Below are positions 44,619 through 53,574 of a DNA stretch of 64,000 nucleotides, piece by piece. Source of the DNA: Streptosporangiales bacterium (lineage in GTDB: Bacteria > Actinomycetota > Actinomycetes > Streptosporangiales > WHSR01); NCBI GenBank assembly GCA_009379995.1, contig WHSR01000006.1, positions 41,865 through 105,864 of the forward strand. Direction: 5' to 3'. Every line of letters begins with the position of its first letter. The stretch's first letter is position 1. The notes under the pieces were generated by a model, which searched no databases, was not told the origin of the DNA, and saw only the letters and a list, made by a program, of their open reading frames with translations. Both the position numbers and the translations under genes were made by a program.

Positions 44619-45332
44619 TTGATGGGTACCGACCTCGAGCACGGCGGGAGCCGGCCACCCCGCCGGGGCGCCCTGTGGATCGCCGGTTTTGGCGTCACCC
44701 TCATCACAGCAGCGGCCTTCGTCCTCTCCTACGAGGGCCTGTACGCAGCCGCGTTGGCCGGCGGGGTACGGCCGACGCTGGCCTTCCTCTACCCGACGAT
44801 CTTCGATGGCTTCCTGCTGCTTGCCTTCGCCGCGGCGGTTGTCCTGCGGTCCAACGGACTGCGGGCCACCTGGTACCCGTGGCTGCTCATAGTGGTGCTG
44901 CTGGCGGCGGCCGGCGGCGCCAACGTGCTGCATGCCGTGGGTCGGGAGTCGCTGCTTCCGCCGGAGTCGATGAGGGTGGCCGTCGCGGCGGTCCCGCCGA
45001 TCGCCCTCGGGCTGGCGTTCCCGCTGTGGCTGCTGCTGTTCGCGCACCTTCGGGGCGGCCGGCGTGCGCAGCGCTCCGGCCGGGCCGGTGAGGTGGCGAA
45101 CGACATCGTCCCCGGCCTGCAGGACCGCGACACCGGCGCCCGGGAGCCCGATGTCCGGGAGGCCGAGGAGCCGGCGGACTCCGCGAAGACCGACGGCGAC
45201 GAGTCCGGCGGCCCGGCATCCGAGCCCTCCGACACGGACCGATCCTCGCTCACCGGCCGGCCCGATGCCCCGCCCCCGATCACCCCGCCGTCGAGCAAGG
45301 TCCGCAGCTCACCGATTCCCCCGGACGCCTAG
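44619..45332 (+). CDS. DUF2637-domain membrane protein with acidic/Pro-rich tail
   Basis: FGVTLITAAAFVLSYEGLYAAALAGGV...AFLYPTIFDGFLLLAFAAAV matches the DUF2637 pattern. TTG/ATG start pair. Confidence 0.65.
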   Translation: MMGTDLEHGGSRPPRRGALWIAGFGVTLITAAAFVLSYEGLYAAALAGGVRPTLAFLYPTIFDGFLLLAFAAAVVLRSNGLRATWYPWLLIVVLLAAAGGANVLHAVGRESLLPPESMRVAVAAVPPIALGLAFPLWLLLFAHLRGGRRAQRSGRAGEVANDIVPGLQDRDTGAREPDVREAEEPADSAKTDGDESGGPASEPSDTDRSSLTGRPDAPPPITPPSSKVRSSPIPPDA

Positions 45333-45335
45333 TTT

Positions 45336-45402
45336 CCGCCGAGATCTATGTTGTGGGGCAAGTAATCGGGCAAAACGACCCCCGCAACATAGATCTCGGC
45401 GG
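45336..45402. repeat. Palindromic repeat family B (copy B3)
   Basis: CCGCCGAGATCTATGTTGTGGGG ... CCCCCGCAACATAGATCTCGGCGG. Starts 4 nt after the stop at 45332. Confidence 0.9.
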
Positions 45403-45463
45403 GGGGCGATACACCGGGTGAGGAGACGATCACGGCGGAGGGCCGCCAGAGGGGAGCACGGTC

Positions 45464-46681
45464 GTGACCACATCGTGGCTGCCGGTACCCGACGGGACTG
45501 ACTTCCCGGTGCAGAACCTTCCGTACGGTGTCTTCTCCCGGCGGGGCGAGCTGCCCCGCATCGGGGTGGCGATCGGGGAGTACGTGCTCGACCTCGCCGG
45601 CCTCGCCGCCGCCGGGCTCGTGCAGGATCGCCGGTGGTTCGCGGCCGGCTCGCTCAACGCGTTCATGGTCGCCGGGCGGCCGGCCTGGCAGGCCACCCGA
45701 TCCCGGCTGGTCGAGCTGCTGACGGAGGAGAGGCACCGCGAGGAGGTCGAGCCGCACCTGGTGCCGCAGGCGGAGGCCGAGCTGCACCTGCCGGTGGAGG
45801 TGAGCGACTACGTCGACTTCTACTCCTCCCTCGAGCACGCGTCCAACCTGGGACGGATCCTCCGGCCCGATGCCGAGCCGCTGCTGCCCAACTGGCGCCA
45901 CCTGCCCGTCGCGTACCACGGCCGGGCCGGCACGGTGGTGGTGTCCGGCACGCAGATCGCCCGGCCGTACGGGCAGCGGAGGGCACCTGACGCGCAGACC
46001 CCGACCTTCGGCCCGTCGACCCGGCTGGACATCGAGGCCGAGGTCGGTTTCGTGGTGGGTGTGCCTTCCTCGCTGGGTTCCCGGATCGGCACCGGGTCGT
46101 TTCGCGAGCACGTATTCGGTTTCGTCCTTGTCAACGACTGGAGCGCCCGCGACATCCAGGCCTGGGAGTACCAGCCGCTCGGTCCGTTCCTCGGCAAGTC
46201 GTTCGCCACGTCGATCTCGCCCTGGGTGGTGCCTGTCGACGCACTCGAGGCGGCCCGGGTGCAGCCGCCGGCCCAAGACCCGGAGCCTCTGCCGTACCTG
46301 CAGGTGGCCGAGGCGTGGGGGCTCGACCTGACCCTCGAGGTCGAGCTGAACGGGCACGTCGTCGCCCGGCCGCCGTTCGCCGGCATGTACTGGACCCCGC
46401 CGCAGCAGCTCGCGCACGCCACCGTGAACGGCGCCGCGGTACGGGCCGGCGACCTCTTCGCCTCGGGTACCGTCTCCGGGCCCAACCCCGAGCAGTACGG
46501 CTCCCTCATCGAACTCACCTGGAACGGGGAAAGGCCGCTGATCCTGCCGAACGGCTCCGCCCGGACCTTCCTGGAGGACGGCGACGTGGTGACGCTCCGG
46601 GCGAGCGCACCACAGGCCGAAGACGTCCGTATCGGCTTCGGCGAGGTGACCGGCACTATCGTCCCGGCGAGGCCGGGGTGA
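45464..46681 (+). CDS. fahA: Fumarylacetoacetase
   Basis: FPVQNLPYGVF...DFYSSLEHASNLG...LPVAYHGRAGTVVVSGT...DIEAEVGFVVG...NDWSARDIQAWEY matches FAH over its full length. Confidence 0.9.
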   Translation: MTTSWLPVPDGTDFPVQNLPYGVFSRRGELPRIGVAIGEYVLDLAGLAAAGLVQDRRWFAAGSLNAFMVAGRPAWQATRSRLVELLTEERHREEVEPHLVPQAEAELHLPVEVSDYVDFYSSLEHASNLGRILRPDAEPLLPNWRHLPVAYHGRAGTVVVSGTQIARPYGQRRAPDAQTPTFGPSTRLDIEAEVGFVVGVPSSLGSRIGTGSFREHVFGFVLVNDWSARDIQAWEYQPLGPFLGKSFATSISPWVVPVDALEAARVQPPAQDPEPLPYLQVAEAWGLDLTLEVELNGHVVARPPFAGMYWTPPQQLAHATVNGAAVRAGDLFASGTVSGPNPEQYGSLIELTWNGERPLILPNGSARTFLEDGDVVTLRASAPQAEDVRIGFGEVTGTIVPARPG

Positions 46682-47921
46682 ACCGGAGCGGCAGATGCTT
46701 GATGCCCGCGATGAAGTTCGAGGTGAGCCGGTCGACCGGGCCGGCCAGCTCGAGATCGCGCAGCCGCCACAGGGCCTCGCGGAAGAAGATCTCGAGCTGC
46801 AGTCGGGCGAAGTGGGCACCCAGGCACACGTGCGGCCCGTCTCCGAACGCCACGTGATCGTTCGCCGTGCGGCCTATGTCGAACCGGTCTGGGTCGGTGA
46901 ACTGCCGCTCGTCCCGGTTCGCCGAGGCATAGAACACGACTACCTTGTCGCCGCCGGAGATGTGCTTCCCCCGAAGCTCGAAGTCCCTGGTAGCGGTGCG
47001 GCGGAAGCTGATGACGGGCGGAGCGTAGCGCAGCACCTCGTCGACGGCGGTCGGCAGCAGGTCAGGGTCGTCGAGCAGCCGCCGCAGCTCACCCAGGTTC
47101 TCGATGAACGCGAGCATCCCGCCCGGCACGCCGCTGCGCACCGTGTCGTTGCCCGCGACCGAGACGAGGAAGAAGAACATCTCGTACTCGGCGTCGCTGA
47201 GACCACGGCCCTCGACCTGTGCGTGCGCCAGCGCGCTGATCACGTCGTCGCCGGGATGCTCCTTCTTGTAGCGGGCCAGCTCCTGGGCGTAGGCGAACAT
47301 GTCGGCCAGCGCGGCCGGCGAGCGCGGGTTGATCGGCTTTCCGTCGGGGCCGTACTCGACCTCGGCGTGGTCGGGGTCCTGGTAGCCGATGATGCGATTG
47401 GTCCAATACAGCAGCAGATGCCTGTCGCTTTCCGGTACTCCCATCACGTCGCAGAGGTTGAGCAGCGGGAAGTCGTCGGAAACCTGGACGGTGAAGTCGC
47501 ACTCACCGTGCTCGACGATCCCGTCGATGAGTCGTCGGGCCCGCTCCTCGACGTCGTGGGCGAACTTCTCCACCCGCCGCGGGGTGAAGATCCGGCTCAC
47601 TATGCGTCGCAGCCGCTGGTGCTCCGGCGGGTCCATGTTGAGCATCATGCGCCGGATGAACGGCAGGTCCGCCGGGTCCGGGTCGCGGATCTGGGTGGCG
47701 CCGAGACGGGAGGAGAACGCCTGCGGCGTACGCGTCACCTCGACCACGTCGTCGTACCGCGTGATCGCCCAGAACCCCGGGCCGGCGGGCCAGTCGAGGA
47801 CCTCGTGCTCCTCCACCCAGGTCACCGGATCGTGGTCGCGCAACCAGCGGAACGTGTCGTACGGGATGCCCCGCGCGTACGTCCGCGGGTCGAAGATGTC
47901 GGCGAGCCGTTCTCCTCCCAT
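46656..47921 (-). CDS. Cytochrome P450
   Basis: MLNMDPPEHQRLRR, VSVAGNDTV (I-helix), EVLRY (ExxR) and the heme loop FGDGPHVCLGAHFA. Confidence 0.9.
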   Translation of the reverse strand: MGGERLADIFDPRTYARGIPYDTFRWLRDHDPVTWVEEHEVLDWPAGPGFWAITRYDDVVEVTRTPQAFSSRLGATQIRDPDPADLPFIRRMMLNMDPPEHQRLRRIVSRIFTPRRVEKFAHDVEERARRLIDGIVEHGECDFTVQVSDDFPLLNLCDVMGVPESDRHLLLYWTNRIIGYQDPDHAEVEYGPDGKPINPRSPAALADMFAYAQELARYKKEHPGDDVISALAHAQVEGRGLSDAEYEMFFFLVSVAGNDTVRSGVPGGMLAFIENLGELRRLLDDPDLLPTAVDEVLRYAPPVISFRRTATRDFELRGKHISGGDKVVVFYASANRDERQFTDPDRFDIGRTANDHVAFGDGPHVCLGAHFARLQLEIFFREALWRLRDLELAGPVDRLTSNFIAGIKHLPLRFTPASPGR

Positions 47922-47999
47922 CGCCTGCTCCCCTCTGGACCCGACACAGCCGCGACCCTGAGCCTAAGCCCATCCGCGGGGCGCGCGGCAGGGCCGACC

Positions 48000-48497
48000 T
48001 CACGATGGTCGGGAGGAGGATTCGGGTACGACCAGGGCGGTGGCAATGGCGGCCAACCCCTCGCCGCGACCCGTGAGGCCCAGACCGTCGGTGGTCGTCG
48101 CCGAGACCGCGACCGGCGCCCCGGCGGCTTCCGACAGTGTGTTTTCCGCCTCCGCCCTCCGCGTACCGATCCTGGGTCGGTTGCCGATCACCTGGATCGC
48201 TACGTTGCCGACCTCGAAGCCGGAGGCCCGCACCCTGACCGCTACCTCGCGCAGCAGCGTGCAGCCAGACACCCCGGACCAGCGGGAATCGGCGGTACCG
48301 AACTGCGCCCCCAGATCGCCGAGACCGGCGGCGGACAGCAATGCGTCGCAGGCCGCGTGGGCGGCGACGTCGCCGTCCGAGTGGCCGGACAGCCCGTCCT
48401 CCCCCGGCCAGAACAGGCCGGCAAGAAACAGCGGGCGGCCTTCCGCGAAGGGATGAACGTCGACCCCGACACCCACCCTCGGCACGTCACGAGACAT
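48000..48497 (-). CDS. ispF: 2-C-methyl-D-erythritol 2,4-cyclodiphosphate synthase
   Basis: Internal ATG (48497). [10 protein letters not shown]...[29 protein letters not shown]...[14 protein letters not shown]. Confidence 0.9.
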   Translation of the reverse strand: MSRDVPRVGVGVDVHPFAEGRPLFLAGLFWPGEDGLSGHSDGDVAAHAACDALLSAAGLGDLGAQFGTADSRWSGVSGCTLLREVAVRVRASGFEVGNVAIQVIGNRPRIGTRRAEAENTLSEAAGAPVAVSATTTDGLGLTGRGEGLAAIATALVVPESSSRPS

Positions 48498-48603
48498 TCC
48501 TGAGCTCCACGCGGTGCTCCGGTAAGCCCGCAGCGAGCGCCGCGCCCGCCTCGCCAGCGGCAAAGATCAACACCTCAGCACGCAAGCGAGTGAGAACGCC
48601 GCC
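48487..48603 (-). pseudogene. Possible remnant of the ispD 5' end
   Basis: The frame upstream of and overlapping the ispF start reads [24 protein letters not shown]. This resembles the IspD N-terminal motif (AAGxGxRLGAGxPKAFVxL). Only ~120 nt separate carD from ispF. Confidence 0.35.
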
Positions 48604-48619
48604 AGACACCGCCTGGGGT

Positions 48620-49102
48620 TTAGGAAGCGAGGAGCTCGTCGAGAAGGGCCTCAGCCTTGTCCTCGTTGGTCTTCTCCGCCAACGCGAGCTCGCTGACCAG
48701 GATCTGCCGGGCCTTGGCGAGCATCCGCTTCTCGCCGGCGGACAAACCCCGCACCTTGTCGCGTCGCCACAGGTCACGGACGACTTCGGCCACCTTGTTG
48801 ACGTCGCCCGAGGCGAGCTTCTCCAGGTTCGCCTTGTATCGGCGAGACCAGTTCGTGGGCTCCTCGGTGTGCGGTGCGCGGAGCACCTCGAACACCCTCT
48901 CGAGACCTTCCTGGCCCACGACGTCGCGAACCCCGACGATCTCGGCGTTCTCCGCGGGAACCCGTACGGTCAGATCGCCCTTGTCGACCTTCAGGACTAG
49001 ATAGGTTTTGTCTTCACCTTTGATGGTGCGAGTCTCGATGGCTTCGATACGAGCAGCCCCATGATGGGGGTAGACAACGGTGTCGCCGACCTTGAAAGTC
49101 AT
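48620..49102 (-). CDS. carD: CarD-family RNA-polymerase-binding transcription regulator
   Basis: [39 protein letters not shown]...NWSRRYKAN... matches actinobacterial CarD throughout. Confidence 0.95.
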   Translation of the reverse strand: MTFKVGDTVVYPHHGAARIEAIETRTIKGEDKTYLVLKVDKGDLTVRVPAENAEIVGVRDVVGQEGLERVFEVLRAPHTEEPTNWSRRYKANLEKLASGDVNKVAEVVRDLWRRDKVRGLSAGEKRMLAKARQILVSELALAEKTNEDKAEALLDELLAS

Positions 49103-49378
49103 GTGACAAGTACCCCTTCCGCTGGGCTTCAGGATACCACGTCTGGGCCTCTCACCGTAGCGCCAGAAAGGACCAAATGCGCAGGTCACATGGCGTTTAC
49201 GGTCTTGACAAAGCACGAAGTTCGTGCAAGGGAGGCCGGACTTGTGGCCGCGTTTCCGTCGCCGGCCGCACTCATCGGAAGTGTTTCACCGCACCGCTCG
49301 GCGAACCGGACACATGGGCGCATACTGAAGATACAGGCTCCGGAACGTGGCAGTACAACCCAGAACGGGAGGTACCGC

Positions 49379-50068
49379 GTGGGGCTCAAGGGTGGCCGGG
49401 GCGATGACGAGGACTGCCTGCCGCCGGTCGACGTTGTCGTCCCCAACGATGCCCGCGAACTGGAGGCGGATGTCCGGGCGTACCACCGCGAGCTGCGACG
49501 ACGGCACAGGCGGCAACGCTGGACACGGCTGGCTCGCGGGCTGCGCCTACACGGCATCACCCTCCCGCTCGCCCTCGTCGCGCTCCTGCTCGTCGGGCTG
49601 AGTACCGCCCTCATGACGCTGCTCGGGCCACGTCCGACGTCCCGTCCGTCGCCGGCCGCACTGGCCAACCGGCCGCCGGCCGCGCCGGGCAAGGTCGGCG
49701 GCCTGCTCCCGGACACCGCGGTGGTAGTTGGCGAGGAGCGGGAGCGTACGAGGCAACTGCGCCCCGCGGTCGTCGCGCTGATCCCCTGGGGCTGCCGGTG
49801 CGATCGGGCGGCCGACGAGCTGTATCGACAGGCGCGGGCGTTCTCGCTGCCGGTCTACTTCGTGGCGAGCCGCCGCCCGGTTGACGAGCTGCGGCCGCTC
49901 ATCGGCACGGCGGGCCACGGGCTGGCGGTTCCGGTACACGACGGCCCGGGCACGCTGGAGTCGGCGTACCACGCCTCCGGCCTCACCGCGGTCCTCGTCC
50001 GCCGAGATCTATGTTGCGGGGGAGTCGAATCGGACAAATCGACCCCACAACATAGATCTCGCCGGTGA
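49379..50068 (+). CDS. Hypothetical single-pass membrane protein
   Basis: GGGAGG RBS before a GTG. TM helix ITLPLALVALLLVGLSTALMTLL. High GC3. The 3' end reads through repeat B4 and stops just after it. Confidence 0.5.
   Translation: MGLKGGRGDDEDCLPPVDVVVPNDARELEADVRAYHRELRRRHRRQRWTRLARGLRLHGITLPLALVALLLVGLSTALMTLLGPRPTSRPSPAALANRPPAAPGKVGGLLPDTAVVVGEERERTRQLRPAVVALIPWGCRCDRAADELYRQARAFSLPVYFVASRRPVDELRPLIGTAGHGLAVPVHDGPGTLESAYHASGLTAVLVRRDLCCGGVESDKSTPQHRSRR
49999..50065. repeat. Palindromic repeat family B (copy B4)
   Basis: CCGCCGAGATCTATGTTGCGGGGG ... CCCCACAACATAGATCTCGCCGG. Followed by a 12-nt tandem TCTCGCCGGTGA x2 plus a variant (50057-50092). Confidence 0.9.
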
Positions 50069-50185
50069 TCTCGCCGGTGATCCCGCCGGTCGTGGGCCGG
50101 CGGTTTCTGGAGCTACCCTCCGGTAACACTGACGGGTAGCGTTGGAGGTGCAGAGCAAGGGGCGCCGAAAAACGGAGTCACCCAA

Positions 50186-52108
50186 ATGACCCAGACCAGA
50201 CCAGTCGACGAACGCGAGGCCCGCCGGGTAGCCGAGGAGGCCCGGGAGGCCGAGTGGCGCCGCCCGAGCTTCGGCAAGGAGCTGTTCCTCGGTCGGTTCC
50301 GACTCGACCTCATCCACCCGCATCCCCGCGCGGACGCCGAGTCGGTGCGCCGGGGCGAGGAGTTTCTGACCCGGTTGCGGGAGTTCCTGGAGAACAAGGT
50401 CGACGGCGCGCTCATCGAGCGCGAGGCCCGCATCCCCGACGACGTGATCAAGGGGTTCAAGGAACTCGGCACCCTCGGCATGAAGATCGATGAGAAATAC
50501 GGCGGCGTGGGCCTGTCGCAGGTCTACTACAACAAGGCGCTCGTGTTGGCCGGCTCGGTCCATCCCTCGATCGGCGCGCTGCTGTCGGCCCATCAGTCGA
50601 TCGGCGTGCCACAGCCGCTCAAGCTCTTCGGCACAGAGGAGCAGAAGCGGGAGTTCCTGCCGCGTTGCGCCCGCACCGACATCTCCGCGTTCCTGCTCAC
50701 CGAGCCCGACGTTGGCAGCGACCCGGCCCGGCTGAGCACCACCGCCACGCCGACCGAGGACGGCAAGGCGTACCTGCTGGACGGCGTCAAGCTGTGGACC
50801 ACCAACGGCGTGGTCGCCGGCCTGCTCGTCGTCATTGCCCGGGTGCCCAAGAGCGAGGGGCGCCGGGGCGGGATCACCGCTTTCGTGGTCGAGAGCGACA
50901 CCCCGGGCATCACCGTGGAGAACCGCAACGCGTTCCTGGGGCTGCGCGGCATCGAGAACGGCGTCACCCGGTTCCACCGGGTACGGGTGCCGGTCGAGAA
51001 CCGCATCGGCGAGGAGGGCCAGGGCCTCAAGATCGCGCTGACCACACTCAACACCGGCCGGCTGTCGCTGCCCGCGACCTGTTCGGCCACCGCGAAGTGG
51101 TGCCTCAAGATCGCCCGCGAGTGGTCGCGGGAGCGCGTCCAGTGGGGCCGGCCCATCGGTGAGCACGAGGAGGTCGCGAGGAAGATCTCCTTCATCGCCG
51201 CCACCTCGTTCGCCCTGGAGGCCGTCCTCGACCTATCCAGTGAGCTGGCCGACGACGGGCGGGCGGACATCCGCATCGAGGCGGCGCTCGCCAAGCTGTA
51301 CGGCTCGGAGATGGCCTGGCTGATCGCGGACGAGCTGGTGCAGATCCGCGGCGGTCGCGGGTTCGAGACCGCGGAGTCGCTGGCCGCCCGTGGGGAGCGG
51401 GGGGTCCCGGCCGAACAGGCGCTGCGGGACACGCGGATCAACCGGATCTTCGAGGGCTCGACCGAGATCATGCACCTGCTCATCGCCCGTGAGGCCGTGG
51501 ACGCGCACCTCTCGGTGGCCGGCGACATCATCGACCCGGAGGCGGATCGCGGCCGCAAGGCACGGGCGATCGCGCGTGCCGGCGGTTTCTACGCCCGCTG
51601 GCTGCCGACCCTTGCCGTCGGCGAGGGCCAGCTGCCGGGGTCGTACGCCGAGTTCGGACCGCTCGCCCGGCACCTGCGCTACGTCGAGCGGGCCAGCCGC
51701 AAGCTCGCCCGGTCGACGTTCTACGGGATGTCGCGCTGGCAGGCGAAGATGGAGCGCAGGCAGGGCTTCCTCGCCCGGATCGTGGACATCGGGGCCGAGC
51801 TGTTCGCGATGAGCGCGTCCTGCGTGCGGGCCGCCATGGTGCGCGCCGACGACCCCGAGAGGGGACGGGAGACGTACGAGCTGGCCGACGTGTTCTGCCG
51901 GCAGGCCCGGCTGCGGGCCGAGGAGCTGTTCGGCCGGCTCTGGGAGAACACCGACGACCTCGACCGCCGGCTCTCCCGTGGCGTCCTCGAGGGCCGCTAC
52001 ATCTGGCTGGAGGACGGCGTGCTCGACCCCTCCATCGAGGGCCCGTGGATCGCCGAGCAGGCCCACGGTCCGTCGCAGAAGCAGGACGTCCACCGCAAGA
52101 CGGGCTGA
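50186..52108 (+). CDS. Acyl-CoA dehydrogenase (long FadE type with C-terminal extension)
   Basis: AFLLTEPDVGSDPARL..., GVKLWTTNG, QIRGGRGFE... and RINRIFEGSTEIM are ACAD core motifs. Confidence 0.9.
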   Translation: MTQTRPVDEREARRVAEEAREAEWRRPSFGKELFLGRFRLDLIHPHPRADAESVRRGEEFLTRLREFLENKVDGALIEREARIPDDVIKGFKELGTLGMKIDEKYGGVGLSQVYYNKALVLAGSVHPSIGALLSAHQSIGVPQPLKLFGTEEQKREFLPRCARTDISAFLLTEPDVGSDPARLSTTATPTEDGKAYLLDGVKLWTTNGVVAGLLVVIARVPKSEGRRGGITAFVVESDTPGITVENRNAFLGLRGIENGVTRFHRVRVPVENRIGEEGQGLKIALTTLNTGRLSLPATCSATAKWCLKIAREWSRERVQWGRPIGEHEEVARKISFIAATSFALEAVLDLSSELADDGRADIRIEAALAKLYGSEMAWLIADELVQIRGGRGFETAESLAARGERGVPAEQALRDTRINRIFEGSTEIMHLLIAREAVDAHLSVAGDIIDPEADRGRKARAIARAGGFYARWLPTLAVGEGQLPGSYAEFGPLARHLRYVERASRKLARSTFYGMSRWQAKMERRQGFLARIVDIGAELFAMSASCVRAAMVRADDPERGRETYELADVFCRQARLRAEELFGRLWENTDDLDRRLSRGVLEGRYIWLEDGVLDPSIEGPWIAEQAHGPSQKQDVHRKTG

Positions 52109-52124
52109 GCCCCGGTCGACGGGG

Positions 52125-53289
52125 TCACGGCCGGTTCCGCCCGGACCTGCGCATCTCCTTGTGGATGATCTTCCATTGGCGGGTACGCTCGGCCCGGAGC
52201 CGGGCGTCGGTGCGGCTCGCCATCCACGCCGCCTCCCGACGCAGCTTGCGCCAGCTGGCCAACCGCCGCTCGGGTAGCTCACCCGCCTCGACGGGCCGCC
52301 CGTACCGCACAGTCCGGCTCGGTGTCGTGTACGCAGTCGGAGAAGCGGCAGCCGCCGGCCAACTCTTCGATGTCGGCGAACGCCTGGGAGAGACCCTCGT
52401 CGGCCTGGTAGAGGCCGATCCGGCGCAGAGCGGGTGTGTCGATGACGAGGCCACCCGCCGGCAGCATCAGCAACTCGCGATGCGTCGTCGTGTGACGGCC
52501 CCGTCCGTCCGACGCGCGCACCGACTGGATGTCCATCAACTCGACCCCGGCGAGCGCGTTGACAAGCGTGGACTTCCCCGACCCCGACGGCCCGAGCAGC
52601 ACAGCGGTCTTTCCCCCGCCCGATGGCGCCGCAGCCAGCGCCCCACCCTGGCCCGGCCGCAGCCGTACCGCCTCGAGCCCGTCGAGCCCGCTTCCCGCGA
52701 CGACAGAAACGGCGTGCACCTCGGCGCCGGGGGCAGCCGCCGTAACCTCGGCGACCAGCCGGTGCGCGTCGGCGTCGCCGAGCAGGTCGGCCTTGGTGAC
52801 GAGGACGACGGGTCGGGCGCCGCTCTCCCACGCGAGCGTGAGCAGGCGCTCGATCCGGCCCAGATCGGTATCCGGATACGCCGGCTCGGTCACGAAGGCG
52901 ATATCGACGTTGGCGGCGAGCACCTGGCCGCGGGAGTCGCCGGACAGGCCACCGCGTGACCCCCGTGCGACGCCGCCCCGGACGAAGGCGGTACGGCGAG
53001 GCAGCACGGCGGCCACCTCGCGCCGTCCGTCGGGGGACCGACGGACCGCCACCCAGTCACCCGCGCACGGGAGGGCCCGCAGGGCGTCGGACCGGTAGAC
53101 GGCGCGGAGGTCGGCGTCCGCGGACAACACATCACAGACGTCCCTGTCGACGCGCGCGACGCGGGCGGGCGTCAGGTCGTCGGCGTCGTACGGCGCGAAA
53201 GCGGCCGCCCAGCCGTCGTCCCAGCCGAGACCGGGAAGTCGCGACGAGGAGAAGTCACAAGACGAGGAATCAGAAGAAACGAGAGCCAA
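52125..53289 (-). pseudogene. rsgA: Ribosome small-subunit-dependent GTPase RsgA, reading frame broken by one extra C (52293-52295); possibly a sequencing error
   Basis: ORF 52279..53289 carries VLVTKADL, LLGPSGSGKSTLVNAL and the zinc knuckle GCRFSDCVHDTEPDCAV. The expected tail AVEAGELPERRLASWRKL... continues in ORF 52125..52454 after removal of one C. Confidence 0.75.
52609..52651. repeat. 43-nt element S, copy 2 (inside rsgA)
   Basis: CTTTCCCCCGCCCGATGGCGCCGCAGCCAGCGCCCCACCCTGG is the reverse complement of 17333-17375 with one mismatch. Confidence 0.85.
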
Positions 53290-53574
53290 CGGAAGGCACC
53301 CTTCGGACGCGGGTGCCCGGCCTCGGGACGTCGGGCGTCAGAGGGAACGGGCCACCCTGGAGGAGTCGGACATCGGACACGGCAAGACCGCGCTCATAGG
53401 TCCTCACCTCCTCGGGTCGCGTCCTCGACGGGCGATCACCGTACCCCGTCGCCCGGCATCCCGCGCAACTGGTTATTCGGATCAGTCCGCGGCGCCGCAC
53501 ACCCTTGCCATGTCGGGCCTTTGGGTCTATGCCCGATGTGTCGGGTGTGTGCCAACAACGAGGGGTGACGAGCG

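Noticed and set aside
28778-50065. Strand-specific G-U versus C-A asymmetry in the single arm mismatches of family-B copies, as evidence that the hairpins function as RNA on one strand.
   Set aside because: The wobble-compatible strand is not consistent relative to the orientation of the asymmetric centre in the four copies. No conclusion is possible from this sample.
53352-53366. Similarity of CCTCCAGGGTGGCCCG in the rsgA upstream small ORF to the start of element S (CTCCAGGGTGGGGCG).
   Set aside because: Only about 12 nt match in GC-rich sequence with no continuation, so it is treated as coincidence.
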